Virus record (IMG/VR): IMGVR_UViG_3300028588_000029
Location: 1 to 54,487 of that record
Source: a virus
Lineage: Duplodnaviria; Caudoviricetes
Length of the DNA: 54,487 bases
Direction: 5' to 3' (one strand)
In this document: positions 28,358 through 36,874 of the stretch, one piece after another
Position numbering within the stretch: the stretch's first letter is position 1
How the letters are laid out: the number at the start of each line of letters is the position of its first letter
The notes under the pieces: model-generated
The model's input: only the letters and a program-made list of their open reading frames with translations
The model's database searches: none
What the model was told of the DNA's origin: nothing
Translations under genes and position numbers: made by a program

Positions 28358-29590
28358 ATGGCACTCTTCGACTGCGCAACCGTCAAGCGCATCGACCACT
28401 CCTACGGCACGCGCATGGTGCGGGTCGACGGCCTCATCATGCACATCGCGGTGAGCAACTCCCTCTTCCCCAGCTACCTCAAGGGGACGAAGGCGCACTT
28501 CTACGTGCGCAAGGACGGCACGATCGTCCAGGAAATCGACACCGCCTTCCAGTCGGGGGCCCACCGCCAGGGCAACCCCTACTGGCTCTCCGTCGAGACG
28601 GAGGGTGGCGTCGGCAACGACGTCAACAACGGCTGGACGGCCGCCCAGGTCGCCGCACTCGGTCGCCTGTACGCCGAGGTCGCTCGCCGGCACGGCACCC
28701 CGTTCCGCCTCATGGAGTCCTCGCGGCTCGGCGAGCGCGGCCTCGGCTGGCACCGCCTCGGCATCGACGGCAACTTCCCGGCCACCGGCCTGCTCCGTGG
28801 TCGCAAGCAGCGCGGCGGCGGGCTGCTGTTCTCCTCCGCCGTCGGGAAGCTCTGCCCCACGGACGCGCGCATCGTCCAGGCGCCGGCCATCCTCGCCGCC
28901 GCTCAGGGCGGGCCCGTTACCCCGGCGCCGCTCCCCGGCACCAAGCCCCGCCTCCCCAGCGCCGAGCAGCGCGAGATGCTGACCTGGCTGGGCTTCAACG
29001 ACACCGTCGAGTACCAGCGTGCTCGCGTCCTCCACCCCGATGGCGACATGGGTCCCATCACCGCCAACACTCTCCAGAGGGAGTACGACATGACCGCCGC
29101 CAGCCTCGAGAAGAAGGTCGACGACCTGCTCGCTGCCATCAACGGCAACCGCATCCACGCCGTCGTCCGCCACGAGCTCGACAACGTCACCAGCGCCGGT
29201 CGCCCCGACCCGCTGACCGACGAGGTCGGCCACATCAAGGACAAGCTCGCCCGTCAGGACCTGCGCTACATGCTGTTCGACACGGTCGACGGCCGCAAGG
29301 GTGTCCAGATCGTCGCGACCCGCGAGTGGATGATCGCGCCCGACGAGGACACCATGCAGCGCTTCCTCGACGTCCTGATGTTCCAGGGCTTCACGCTCCG
29401 CAACGACCAGTGGGGCACGATCCGCGAGTGGTGGTTCGTGCGCGGCCTGCCGCAGGGCACGCCGGTGCAGAACCTCTACGCGCTCGGCCGCCAGGTCGAG
29501 TGGCGGCCCGAGCCTGCCGCCGAGGACGCGCCGCCGGCCGAGGTCACCGTCGAGGTCGAGCACGTCGCCGACCCCACCATCAAGGGCTGA
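28358..29590 (+). CDS. Endolysin, N-acetylmuramoyl-L-alanine amidase (Amidase_2-like)
   Basis: IMH, AHFYV, SVETEG, GWH and KLCP ligand pattern; GGAGG RBS. Confidence 0.88.
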   Translation: MALFDCATVKRIDHSYGTRMVRVDGLIMHIAVSNSLFPSYLKGTKAHFYVRKDGTIVQEIDTAFQSGAHRQGNPYWLSVETEGGVGNDVNNGWTAAQVAALGRLYAEVARRHGTPFRLMESSRLGERGLGWHRLGIDGNFPATGLLRGRKQRGGGLLFSSAVGKLCPTDARIVQAPAILAAAQGGPVTPAPLPGTKPRLPSAEQREMLTWLGFNDTVEYQRARVLHPDGDMGPITANTLQREYDMTAASLEKKVDDLLAAINGNRIHAVVRHELDNVTSAGRPDPLTDEVGHIKDKLARQDLRYMLFDTVDGRKGVQIVATREWMIAPDEDTMQRFLDVLMFQGFTLRNDQWGTIREWWFVRGLPQGTPVQNLYALGRQVEWRPEPAAEDAPPAEVTVEVEHVADPTIKG

Positions 29591-29593
29591 GCC

Positions 29594-30052
29594 GTGAGGG
29601 GGAAGATCCACGGGAGCTCGTGGCGGTTCAACGGCCACCGAGGGCGCTATCTCGTGTTCAAGGGGCTGCTGTTCATCGTCATCGGCATGAGCTACCTCCT
29701 GCCCGCCCCGACGTCGGGCACGGAGCGCTCCCTGGACTTCCTCCTCCGGCTCGGCCTGCCGATCGCCATCGCGGGCATCCCGTGGATCCTGGCCGGCGGT
29801 GCGGCGATCGTGGGGGCCTTCCGGTCGCCGCCGGGCAGGGACGGGTGGGCCTTCCAGCTGCTCGCCCTGCTCGCGGTCGGCTGGGCCAGCATCTACTTCT
29901 TCTCGTGGGTGTTCGGTCCCTCGACCCGTGGCTGGTTCCTCGCCGTTGTGTTCCTCGCGATCGCCGGCAGCACCTACACCGTGGCGTCCATGATCTCCGT
30001 CGACCAGGTCCGCGTGGTGGAGCGAGCGCAGGGGGAGGTCGGCGACCGATGA
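29594..30052 (+). CDS. Membrane protein, about four TM segments (holin candidate)
   Basis: Four hydrophobic segments; directly after endolysin. Confidence 0.65.
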   Translation: MRGKIHGSSWRFNGHRGRYLVFKGLLFIVIGMSYLLPAPTSGTERSLDFLLRLGLPIAIAGIPWILAGGAAIVGAFRSPPGRDGWAFQLLALLAVGWASIYFFSWVFGPSTRGWFLAVVFLAIAGSTYTVASMISVDQVRVVERAQGEVGDR

Positions 30053-30396
30053 ACGTCCAGCTCTGGCACCTGATCGTCGGTGGCGTCCTGACCATCGCCG
30101 CCTCCGTCTGGGCCGCCAAGGTCACGGGTAAGGCGTCGGTGAAGGTCGCCGAGGTGACGGTTGAGTCCGGGGCCTACGGAAGGGCCGAGGCCATCTACAA
30201 GGGTGCAATCAGCCGCCTCGAGACGGAGAACGGCCAGCTCCGTGCCGACCTCGAGGTGGAGAAGAAGGCTCGCGAGGAGCTGAGCCAGAAGCACGAGGCG
30301 CTCAACCGAGCGTTCAACGAGATCGTCATCGAGCTGGAGAGCCTCAAGCGGCGCCTGCAGCACGACGGCACGGACGTCTCCGACGTCCCCGACTGA
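30049..30396 (+). CDS. Single-TM coiled-coil lysis-cassette protein
   Basis: N-terminal hydrophobic helix followed by coiled coil; GGAGG RBS. Confidence 0.65.
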   Translation: MNVQLWHLIVGGVLTIAASVWAAKVTGKASVKVAEVTVESGAYGRAEAIYKGAISRLETENGQLRADLEVEKKAREELSQKHEALNRAFNEIVIELESLKRRLQHDGTDVSDVPD

Positions 30397-30408
30397 GGGA
30401 GCACCAGC

Positions 30409-30804
30409 ATGATCCGTCCCAACTACTTCGAGCGCATCGGGGGCGTCCTCAAGCGCTTCCTGGCGCTCGAGCCTGCCGTGATCGCCGGCTTCGTCCGCGC
30501 GATCGTCTACCTGGGGGCGACCCTGGGCTTCATCCTGCCGAACGACCTGGGCGACCGCGTCGTCGGGGTGTTCGTGGCCCTGGTGGCCGTGGTCGAGATC
30601 GGCATGACGATCTACACCCGCGCGGTGGTCACGCCGACCGTGAAGGTCGTCGAGCAGATCGCCGCCGACGGCGAGAGCGTCGTGGCAGGCCCCGCGAATC
30701 AGATCGTGAACGAGGGCGACCACATCCGTCTGTTCGACGAGGCCCTCACCGCCAACGGCAACGAGCACCCCCCGACGAATCCGCCGCCCCTGCCGGGCGT
30801 GTAG
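30409..30804 (+). CDS. Holin-like two-TM membrane protein
   Basis: EPAVI...two hydrophobic helices...RAVVTP pattern. Confidence 0.6.
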   Translation: MIRPNYFERIGGVLKRFLALEPAVIAGFVRAIVYLGATLGFILPNDLGDRVVGVFVALVAVVEIGMTIYTRAVVTPTVKVVEQIAADGESVVAGPANQIVNEGDHIRLFDEALTANGNEHPPTNPPPLPGV

Positions 30805-30832
30805 GCTTCATCCCACGGCCAAGCCGTCCAGC

Positions 30833-30867
30833 CGAGATCCTCCCGCCCATCACGCGGGAGGATCTCG
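30833..30867. terminator. Perfect 14-bp hairpin at end of the late operon
   Basis: CGAGATCCTCCCGC-N7-GCGGGAGGATCTCG. Confidence 0.6.
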
Positions 30868-30906
30868 TGCTATGTTGGCTCCTCACCCCTGCCGAGGGGT
30901 CGAACA

Positions 30907-30941
30907 ACGAAGCCCCCCACTCAGCGAGCGGGGGGCTTCGT
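30907..30941. terminator. Hairpin between convergent arms (probable bidirectional terminator)
   Basis: ACGAAGCCCCCC/GGGGGGCTTCGT 12-bp stem. Confidence 0.65.
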
Positions 30942-30952
30942 CATGCCTGGGG

Positions 30953-31147
30953 TCAGAGGCCGAGGTGAGCCAGCGCCTCCGGGGGCCCGGAGACCTGGTA
31001 GCGCAGCTCGCGGGTGCTGATCGAGAGCTGGGTGTGGCCCTCGAGTTCCCAGGTCAGGCCGTAGCCGTCCAGCTTGGCCTCGACCTGCTGCTGGTCGTCG
31101 GCGTCGAGGGTGATCGTGGTGAAGGGGTGAGTGTCCATGGCGGTCAT
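30953..31147 (-). CDS. Hypothetical protein
   Basis: Starts just after the endonuclease VII stop; coding-like codons. Confidence 0.6.
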   Translation of the reverse strand: MTAMDTHPFTTITLDADDQQQVEAKLDGYGLTWELEGHTQLSISTRELRYQVSGPPEALAHLGL

Positions 31148-31148
31148 A

Positions 31149-31730
31149 CTACGCCTGCCCGGGGGCGCCCGACGGCGGCTGCTCGAGGTAGGCGACGGCG
31201 GCGCGCAAGATCGTGACGCTGTCGTGCGCGGAGCCGAGCAGGCCCTTGTTGCAAGAGGCGCCCTCGTCGGCCGAGCACAGCAGGCCGCGCACGAGGCCAC
31301 TCTCGTGGTCGTGGTCGACCGCCAGGCGTCGGGAGCGGGGGATGGACCCGCAGATCGCACAGCGGCCGTGCTGGCGGGCCAGGAGGACGTCGTAGGTCAC
31401 CCCCTCCGGCCAGATGTACTCCTTCTCGACGCGGGCGCGGTGGCCGGTCATCGACGAGCAGGCGCGGCAGCGCGAGCCGCGCGCGTAGAAGAGGGGGATG
31501 AAGCTCTGGCACCCGGAGCACCAGCGCGTGCCGGGCGGCCACTCGGCGGCGGGCACGCGGGAACGGTACTCGACGAGCCCGGAGGCGGTCGCGCGCGCGA
31601 GGCGGCTCAGCGCGGCCTTCTCCTGCAGCTCGATCGGCTGGTTGAGCAGCCAGTGGAAGCCGCACGAGCGCTTCTGGGGGATGCACGGGTAGGGACAGTC
31701 GAGCTCACGGCAGGGTCGGTTCTTCGGCAT
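31149..31730 (-). CDS. Recombination endonuclease VII (Holliday junction resolvase-like)
   Basis: CAICG...LAVDHDHESGLVRGLLC...CNKGLLG; extra N-terminal Cys clusters. Confidence 0.88.
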   Translation of the reverse strand: MPKNRPCRELDCPYPCIPQKRSCGFHWLLNQPIELQEKAALSRLARATASGLVEYRSRVPAAEWPPGTRWCSGCQSFIPLFYARGSRCRACSSMTGHRARVEKEYIWPEGVTYDVLLARQHGRCAICGSIPRSRRLAVDHDHESGLVRGLLCSADEGASCNKGLLGSAHDSVTILRAAVAYLEQPPSGAPGQA

Positions 31731-31750
31731 GTCGGACTCTCGTGGTAGAG

Positions 31751-31790
31751 GCAGCGCCCCCAGCCGGGAGACGTCGGCGGGGGGCGCTGC
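31751..31790 (-). terminator. Intergenic stem-loop
   Basis: GCAGCGCCCCC/GGGGGCGCTGC. Confidence 0.45.
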
Positions 31791-31813
31791 GGTATCGGGG
31801 TGTGGGCGCTAGA

Positions 31814-32575
31814 TCAGGACCACGGCGGGGCCCAGCCCGGCTCGACAGCCGGCGGGGAGGCCGGGGCTGCCGGCTGAGCGGGGGCCTGGGGCGGCGCCTG
31901 CGGGGCCGGGGCGGCCTGTGTCGGCTGCTCCGGCGTCTGCACGGGCTCCTGCGGCTGGTTGGGCCGGTGCGGGGGCTCCTGCGGGACGTGGACCTCCGTG
32001 GGCGCCTGCGGGGCGGCGGGGGCCTGGTGCGTCGGCTCGGCCGGGGTCTGGACGACCTGGCCGGTCTGCGCGCCGTGCACGGCCCCGACGCTCGCCAGCA
32101 CCGTCTCCGGCTCGCCGTCGTCGGACGCCTCGCCCGGGAGCGGGGGCAGCGGGACGCCACGGAGCTGGTACTCGATGACGTCCTTCTCCTTGTAGCCCTG
32201 GGCCACGAGCGCGTCACCGCGCGCCTTCTCCTCCTTGTTCCGGCGCTTGCGGCCGGTGGGGGCCTCGGCGTCGTCGTGCGGTGCGGGGGAGTCGGGGATC
32301 AGGTCGTGCTCGAGGACGGTCGTCGGGATCTCGGCCGGCGCCTCCTGCAGCGTGGAGACGTCGGTGGGCTCGTCCGGCGCGTTCTCGTGCTGCTCGGCCG
32401 TCCGGTACTCCTCCGGCTCGTCGCTCTCGTTCTTCACGGCGTGGTGGACGTGAACATCGCTGACGCGGCGGGGCGACTTCGCGCTGCCCAGGTGCTCGGC
32501 GGCGGCGCGGGCGGCGGCGATGATCGCGCCGTCATTGTCGCGGGTGCCGTCGATCTCGATCAGAATGCGGGCCAT
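31814..32575 (-). CDS. Hypothetical Pro/Gln/Glu-rich protein
   Basis: AGGAGG RBS; low-complexity C-terminus. Confidence 0.7.
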   Translation of the reverse strand: MARILIEIDGTRDNDGAIIAAARAAAEHLGSAKSPRRVSDVHVHHAVKNESDEPEEYRTAEQHENAPDEPTDVSTLQEAPAEIPTTVLEHDLIPDSPAPHDDAEAPTGRKRRNKEEKARGDALVAQGYKEKDVIEYQLRGVPLPPLPGEASDDGEPETVLASVGAVHGAQTGQVVQTPAEPTHQAPAAPQAPTEVHVPQEPPHRPNQPQEPVQTPEQPTQAAPAPQAPPQAPAQPAAPASPPAVEPGWAPPWS

Positions 32576-32607
32576 GCTGGACCTCCTAGGTCGGGGAAGG
32601 GGAGAGA

Positions 32608-32644
32608 AGGTGGGGCGGCAACCTGAGATGAAGCCGCCCCACCT
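32608..32644 (-). terminator. Intergenic stem-loop after SSB gene
   Basis: AGGTGGGGCGGC/GCCGCCCCACCT 12-bp stem. Confidence 0.5.
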
Positions 32645-32661
32645 CCGTCAGGGGGTGTCGA

Positions 32662-33561
32662 TCAGTACGGCGGCTGCTGAGCGCCGGCCCACGGGTCGTC
32701 GGCGGGCGCCTGGGTCGGCGCCCCCTGGTTGGCCCACGGGTTGGCGTCCTGCTGCGGCTGCTGCGGGGGCGGACCCTGCGGGGCCTGCTGCTGCACGGCC
32801 GGCGGGTACGTCGTCTGCTGCTGGGGCGGGGGCCCCTGCTGCGCGGGCGGCGCCTGGTAGGCCTGCTGCGGGGGCGGGCCCTGCTGCTGGGGCTGCTGCG
32901 CGTAGCCCTGCTGCGGCTGCTGCGCCGGGTACTGGGCCTGCTGCGCCGGAGGCGTCTGCTGGTAGCCCTGCGGCGCGTACTGCTGCTCCGGCGCCTGGTA
33001 GGCCTGCTCCGGCGCCTGACCCTGAGCGTTGCCGCCGAACATCCCGGTGCCGGCCGCGATGGGGGCCTTCTTGTAGTGGGCCTGGAACTGGCGGAACGGG
33101 CCGTTGGGGCCGTTGCCGATCGAGGTGCACCGGACGGCGAGCATCGCACCCTCCTCCGGGTAGCCGCTGTGGCCGGCCGCCGCCATCGCGTCACCGACGG
33201 CGCCCTCCATCCAGCCCTTCACGTAGATCGACCGCTTGCCGTCGTCCTCGTGGGCGGGCTTGAAGTTGCCCTGGTCGTCCTTGGGGATGTTGTCCGCCGA
33301 GACGCCCTGCCAGTTGCGCAGGTCGGTCTCGAGGATGATGTGGAGCTGCTGCCGCTGCTGGCCCTTCTTGTCCAGGAGGGGCTCGGCGACGTAGCCGGGC
33401 GGCGGGTTCTTCATGTACTTCGTCTGGCCCTGCTGCTTCGAGGAGAAGATGCGGCCACCGATCTCGCGGCCGATGTGGCTCTGGTCGATGTCGCGCCCAC
33501 CCCAGTCGAAGGAGGGGGCGGAGGGGCCGGACTGCTGGAACATCGCGGGGGGAGTGCTCAT
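32662..33561 (-). CDS. Putative single-stranded DNA-binding protein with Q/P-rich tail
   Basis: LETDLR and DDGKRSIYVKG core recalled from actinophage SSBs; tail ends DDPW...PPY; near exonuclease. Confidence 0.65.
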   Translation of the reverse strand: MSTPPAMFQQSGPSAPSFDWGGRDIDQSHIGREIGGRIFSSKQQGQTKYMKNPPPGYVAEPLLDKKGQQRQQLHIILETDLRNWQGVSADNIPKDDQGNFKPAHEDDGKRSIYVKGWMEGAVGDAMAAAGHSGYPEEGAMLAVRCTSIGNGPNGPFRQFQAHYKKAPIAAGTGMFGGNAQGQAPEQAYQAPEQQYAPQGYQQTPPAQQAQYPAQQPQQGYAQQPQQQGPPPQQAYQAPPAQQGPPPQQQTTYPPAVQQQAPQGPPPQQPQQDANPWANQGAPTQAPADDPWAGAQQPPY

Positions 33562-33632
33562 GGTTCTGGGTCCAATCTGTCGAAGATCAAGGATCGAATC
33601 TGATGTGCTGCTGGATGAACGTACACCCGATT

Positions 33633-33647
33633 CATACTATGAAGCAA
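33633..33647 (-). promoter_or_regulatory. Repeated promoter/operator motif CATACTATGAAGCAA
   Basis: Exact copy at 36845-36859; contains TAGTAT on the - strand. Confidence 0.55.
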
Positions 33648-33655
33648 GCGGGGAT

Positions 33656-34180
33656 CTAGCGGTTGTCCCCGGAGCCGCCGAGCACGCCACGGAGCGCGCG
33701 GGAGGCCAGCTTCGAGAGGTTGCCCTGCGCGACGTCGCGGAGCGAGACGCCGAGCACGACGGCGACCTGCGCCACGTACCAGAGCACGTCGCCGAGCTCC
33801 TTCACCATCTCGTCGCGCAACTCCGGCGTCATCTCGCCGTCGCCGTCGCGCTGGTGCTTGGCCCACTTGTCGCCGACCTCCATGGCCTCGGAGCCGAGCT
33901 TGATGAGCAGGTAGGGCAGCCCGCGCCGCTGCCGCTCGGTGACGCTGGCGCGCGGCAGGTCGGTGCCGGGGTAGATCGCCGTCGCGCTCGTAGCCGTCTG
34001 GTACTCATCCAGGCCGACGATGGCGATGCTCTCGAGGCACCGTCGGCACGTCGCGAACTGACGATCGGCCCAGGGGAGCACCTTCGGGTCGTCGGCGCGC
34101 TTGTAGAGGCCGCACTTGGTGCGGAAGGCGTCGCCTGGCCCGGGCCGGTCGGCGATGTGGGTGGCCGTGGGGACGGTCAT
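33656..34180 (-). CDS. mazG: MazG-like nucleotide pyrophosphohydrolase with N-terminal Cys motif
   Basis: EAMEV...KELGDVLWY...NLSKLASR...GSGDNR. Confidence 0.88.
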   Translation of the reverse strand: MTVPTATHIADRPGPGDAFRTKCGLYKRADDPKVLPWADRQFATCRRCLESIAIVGLDEYQTATSATAIYPGTDLPRASVTERQRRGLPYLLIKLGSEAMEVGDKWAKHQRDGDGEMTPELRDEMVKELGDVLWYVAQVAVVLGVSLRDVAQGNLSKLASRALRGVLGGSGDNR

Positions 34181-35175
34181 CGGGACTCCTGACTCTGGAT
34201 CTCGTAGGCGCGGCGGTCGCCGGCCTTGCGCTCGCGCTCGGTCCACGGCTTCGTCTTGTCGTAGACCTTCGTCAGATCCTCCAGCGTGGCGGCGTGGAAG
34301 ATCTGGGAGATGGTGCTGGCGGCCACGGGCTTCACCTTCCTCTTGCCGATCTTGCGGAGCTCGCGCACGTCCATCGCAGCCCTGACGGCGCGGTGGCCGA
34401 GCTGGAGGTCGTACTCCACGAGGTGGCACGTCCCGGCGTCGGCGTCGAGGTCGATGATGACGCCGACCTCCTGATCCACCTCGAACGGGAACGCCGTGCG
34501 CGTCTCCGTCTCGCCGTCGTAGGCGCACCCGCTGGAGTACGGCGCGAGCTGGGTGGGGAACGAGAGCCCGCCGTAGGACATGTCGCCCGTCTTGAGGTCG
34601 AGCACGCGCGGCAAGCGCCAGTCTGCGCGCTTCCCGAAGCGGTCGGCCGTGCCGGCCACGCGGTACTCGTCGTGGACGATGAACTGCTCGAACGCGAGCC
34701 ACTCGATGCCCTCCGTCGCGAGCTGGTAGGCCGTGACGGCGCGGCGCAGCTCCGGGGGGACGAACGAGATCGGCAGGCCACGGTCGAGGCGCTCGGTGAT
34801 GCCGTGCAGCGCCGTGCCGCGCTCGCGCTTCTGGTTGGCGCCGGCACGGTCCATCGCCATCTCGATGACGTCGTCCGCGCGCGCCTTCTCGTCCCGGTCC
34901 TCCAGGTCGAGGTAGGCGATCGACTGCTGCAGGTCCGGCCAGCGGGCGACGCCTTGCGCGGCGTACCGTGCCCGCCAGCCGCCGATCCCGAAGCCGTCGT
35001 CGAGCGCCTTGGCCATCGTGCTGGCGCGCGTGTACGGCTGGCGGCTCCCGTCGGCCTGGAGGATCATCGGCCGGTCGAAGCGGTCCCTCGCGATCCCCTG
35101 GGGGATGTAGAGGTCGTCGTCGTCCTCCAGGCGGTCGGAGAACATCGGCGCCGGGGGCGGGATGACGGCGCTCAC
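34177..35175 (-). CDS. PD-(D/E)XK exonuclease (RecB-like)
   Basis: GTALH, VAGTADR, VLDLKTG and QLAPY motifs. Confidence 0.85.
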   Translation of the reverse strand: MSAVIPPPAPMFSDRLEDDDDLYIPQGIARDRFDRPMILQADGSRQPYTRASTMAKALDDGFGIGGWRARYAAQGVARWPDLQQSIAYLDLEDRDEKARADDVIEMAMDRAGANQKRERGTALHGITERLDRGLPISFVPPELRRAVTAYQLATEGIEWLAFEQFIVHDEYRVAGTADRFGKRADWRLPRVLDLKTGDMSYGGLSFPTQLAPYSSGCAYDGETETRTAFPFEVDQEVGVIIDLDADAGTCHLVEYDLQLGHRAVRAAMDVRELRKIGKRKVKPVAASTISQIFHAATLEDLTKVYDKTKPWTERERKAGDRRAYEIQSQESR

Positions 35176-35321
35176 CCGAACACCACGCCCCACAGCACCT
35201 GGAAGGCCCACAGCAGCATCAGGGTGCCGATGCCGGCCACGAGCAGCACGAGCACGAGGATGAACAGCGCCAGGATGACCCCCGCCGTCGTCGTCGCGAA
35301 CCGCGTCCAGTCGAAGGTCAC
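35172..35321 (-). CDS. Small membrane protein (49 aa, absent from ORF track)
   Basis: GTGA overlaps at both ends; VTFDWTRFATTTAGVILALFILVLVLLVAGIG. Confidence 0.65.
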   Translation of the reverse strand: MTFDWTRFATTTAGVILALFILVLVLLVAGIGTLMLLWAFQVLWGVVFG

Positions 35322-35674
35322 AGTCGCCACGCCTCGGCCTCGAAGCCCTTGAGGCCGGAGAAGTCGATCACGTAGACCGCCCCGTGGTCGGTGATGCCGG
35401 GCGCGAGCTGACCCAGGTCGAGGTCGAGGTAGTGGTCGGCCCGCAGGGGGAGCGCGAGGCCCCGGAAGTAGTCGGCGTCGCGCGGGGGGTAGCGCACCTC
35501 GCGGTGCTTCACGGCGGCGTGCGACGTGAGCGCCTGGACCTCGACGCGCCCCAGCGACTCGCTCTCGATGACGATGGTGACCTTCACCTCCTCGTCGGCG
35601 GAGTAGGTGGTGTGCTGGGTCTGGCGGCCGTAGTCGTCGTCCTTGGTCGTGTAGGTGTTCCTCGTGAGGCTCAT
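35318..35674 (-). CDS. Hypothetical protein
   Basis: Coupled start and stop; coding-like codons. Confidence 0.7.
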   Translation of the reverse strand: MSLTRNTYTTKDDDYGRQTQHTTYSADEEVKVTIVIESESLGRVEVQALTSHAAVKHREVRYPPRDADYFRGLALPLRADHYLDLDLGQLAPGITDHGAVYVIDFSGLKGFEAEAWRL

Positions 35675-36030
35675 CGCAGCACCATCCGAGCGTTCTCGGC
35701 CTCGACGTCGGCGGTCGTGGTGTAGCGGAACCGCGCCGTCGTGAGGTCGGTCTCGGCGTCGTAGGTGGCCTCGTACACGGTCACCATCTCGCCGCCGGGG
35801 ATCGGGCCCTTGATCGGGTCGGCGAGCAGGCCCTCGACGACGTCGCCACGGTAGTTCAGCCGGCCGACCTCGAGGTGGTCGCGGACGCCCTCGTGGAAGC
35901 CGGTGAAATCGGGCTTGATCTTGAGGTCGGCCTCGCCCAGGCGGTTCAGCTCGGCCTTCTCGGCGAGCTCCACCTCCAGCGGGATCTCGTAGTCGTCGTC
36001 CTCGGCGTAGTGCTTCTCGTTCGTGCTCAT
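35671..36030 (-). CDS. Hypothetical acidic protein
   Basis: Starts MSTNEKH; GGAGG RBS. Confidence 0.7.
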   Translation of the reverse strand: MSTNEKHYAEDDDYEIPLEVELAEKAELNRLGEADLKIKPDFTGFHEGVRDHLEVGRLNYRGDVVEGLLADPIKGPIPGGEMVTVYEATYDAETDLTTARFRYTTTADVEAENARMVLR

Positions 36031-36443
36031 CAGAGCCTCCTCGGGTTCATGGCGTGGCGGTGCGGGAATGCCCACACCCGGCGGTCGTGCAGGTCGTTGT
36101 GCAGGTTGTGGATCTGGGCGTACGTGAGGTCGGGCGCGGCGATGACCTTGTGGACGGCCGCCAGGTGAGCCCGGACCTCGTGGGTGTTGCGGACGTGCTC
36201 GACGAGGATCTCCCCGCCCAGCATCTCCGCGACGAGCAGCGGCGCCTCCATGGAGGGCGGCAGCGTGTACGCCGTCGGAGAGGTCAGCGGCCGGCGGAGC
36301 GTGAAGATCGTGCCGTCGGTGCGCTGGAGTCGGAGGTTCGAGGGGTCCTTCGGGTGGATCGCGATGACCTCGACCGTCTCGTTGGTCTGAGGGTTGAGGA
36401 CCATCGCTCCGACGACGAGGTTCCCCCAGCGGCCCTGCCTCAT
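36030..36443 (-). CDS. Hypothetical protein with His-rich C-terminus
   Basis: Starts MRQGRWG; TGATG coupling. Confidence 0.65.
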   Translation of the reverse strand: MRQGRWGNLVVGAMVLNPQTNETVEVIAIHPKDPSNLRLQRTDGTIFTLRRPLTSPTAYTLPPSMEAPLLVAEMLGGEILVEHVRNTHEVRAHLAAVHKVIAAPDLTYAQIHNLHNDLHDRRVWAFPHRHAMNPRRL

Positions 36444-36793
36444 CAGCCGCCCATCTCGTCGTCGGTGTCGCGCTCGCTGCGGGCGACGACGGGGCGCGGC
36501 GGCTGGCTGGCCATCCACTCGGCGCGCGCACCGTCGGTGCTGTCGCGGGCGACGGGCGGCGCCATCGTGCCGTTGGGGTCGCGCTGCAGCAGCTCGACGA
36601 ACTGGACCTGGGTCAGGCCGGTGATGTAGACGACCTCGGCGACGGCGGCGCCGAACGACTCGACCTGGGCCACCAGCTGGTCGTGGCCGGCGGCGATCTG
36701 CTTCGCCAGGGCGCTGTTGTCGACCAGCGTGTTCGTGACGAACAGCGGCGAAAGGATGATGTAGGTGGCGTCGGGGTGGATCTGCGTGGTCAT
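36443..36793 (-). CDS. Hypothetical protein
   Basis: GAAGGAG RBS; first gene after a divergent promoter region. Confidence 0.7.
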   Translation of the reverse strand: MTTQIHPDATYIILSPLFVTNTLVDNSALAKQIAAGHDQLVAQVESFGAAVAEVVYITGLTQVQFVELLQRDPNGTMAPPVARDSTDGARAEWMASQPPRPVVARSERDTDDEMGG

Positions 36794-36825
36794 GCTGTGC
36801 TCCTTCGGTCGGGGAGTGGGTGCTC

Positions 36826-36859
36826 GTGTACGATACTACCAATCCATACTATGAAGCAA
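36826..36859. promoter_or_regulatory. Divergent promoter region
   Basis: ATACTA (TAGTAT on -) at 36833 and 36846, TACTAT on + at 36847, GTGTAC at 36826. Confidence 0.55.
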
Positions 36860-36874
36860 CAGAGGAGAGCCACG

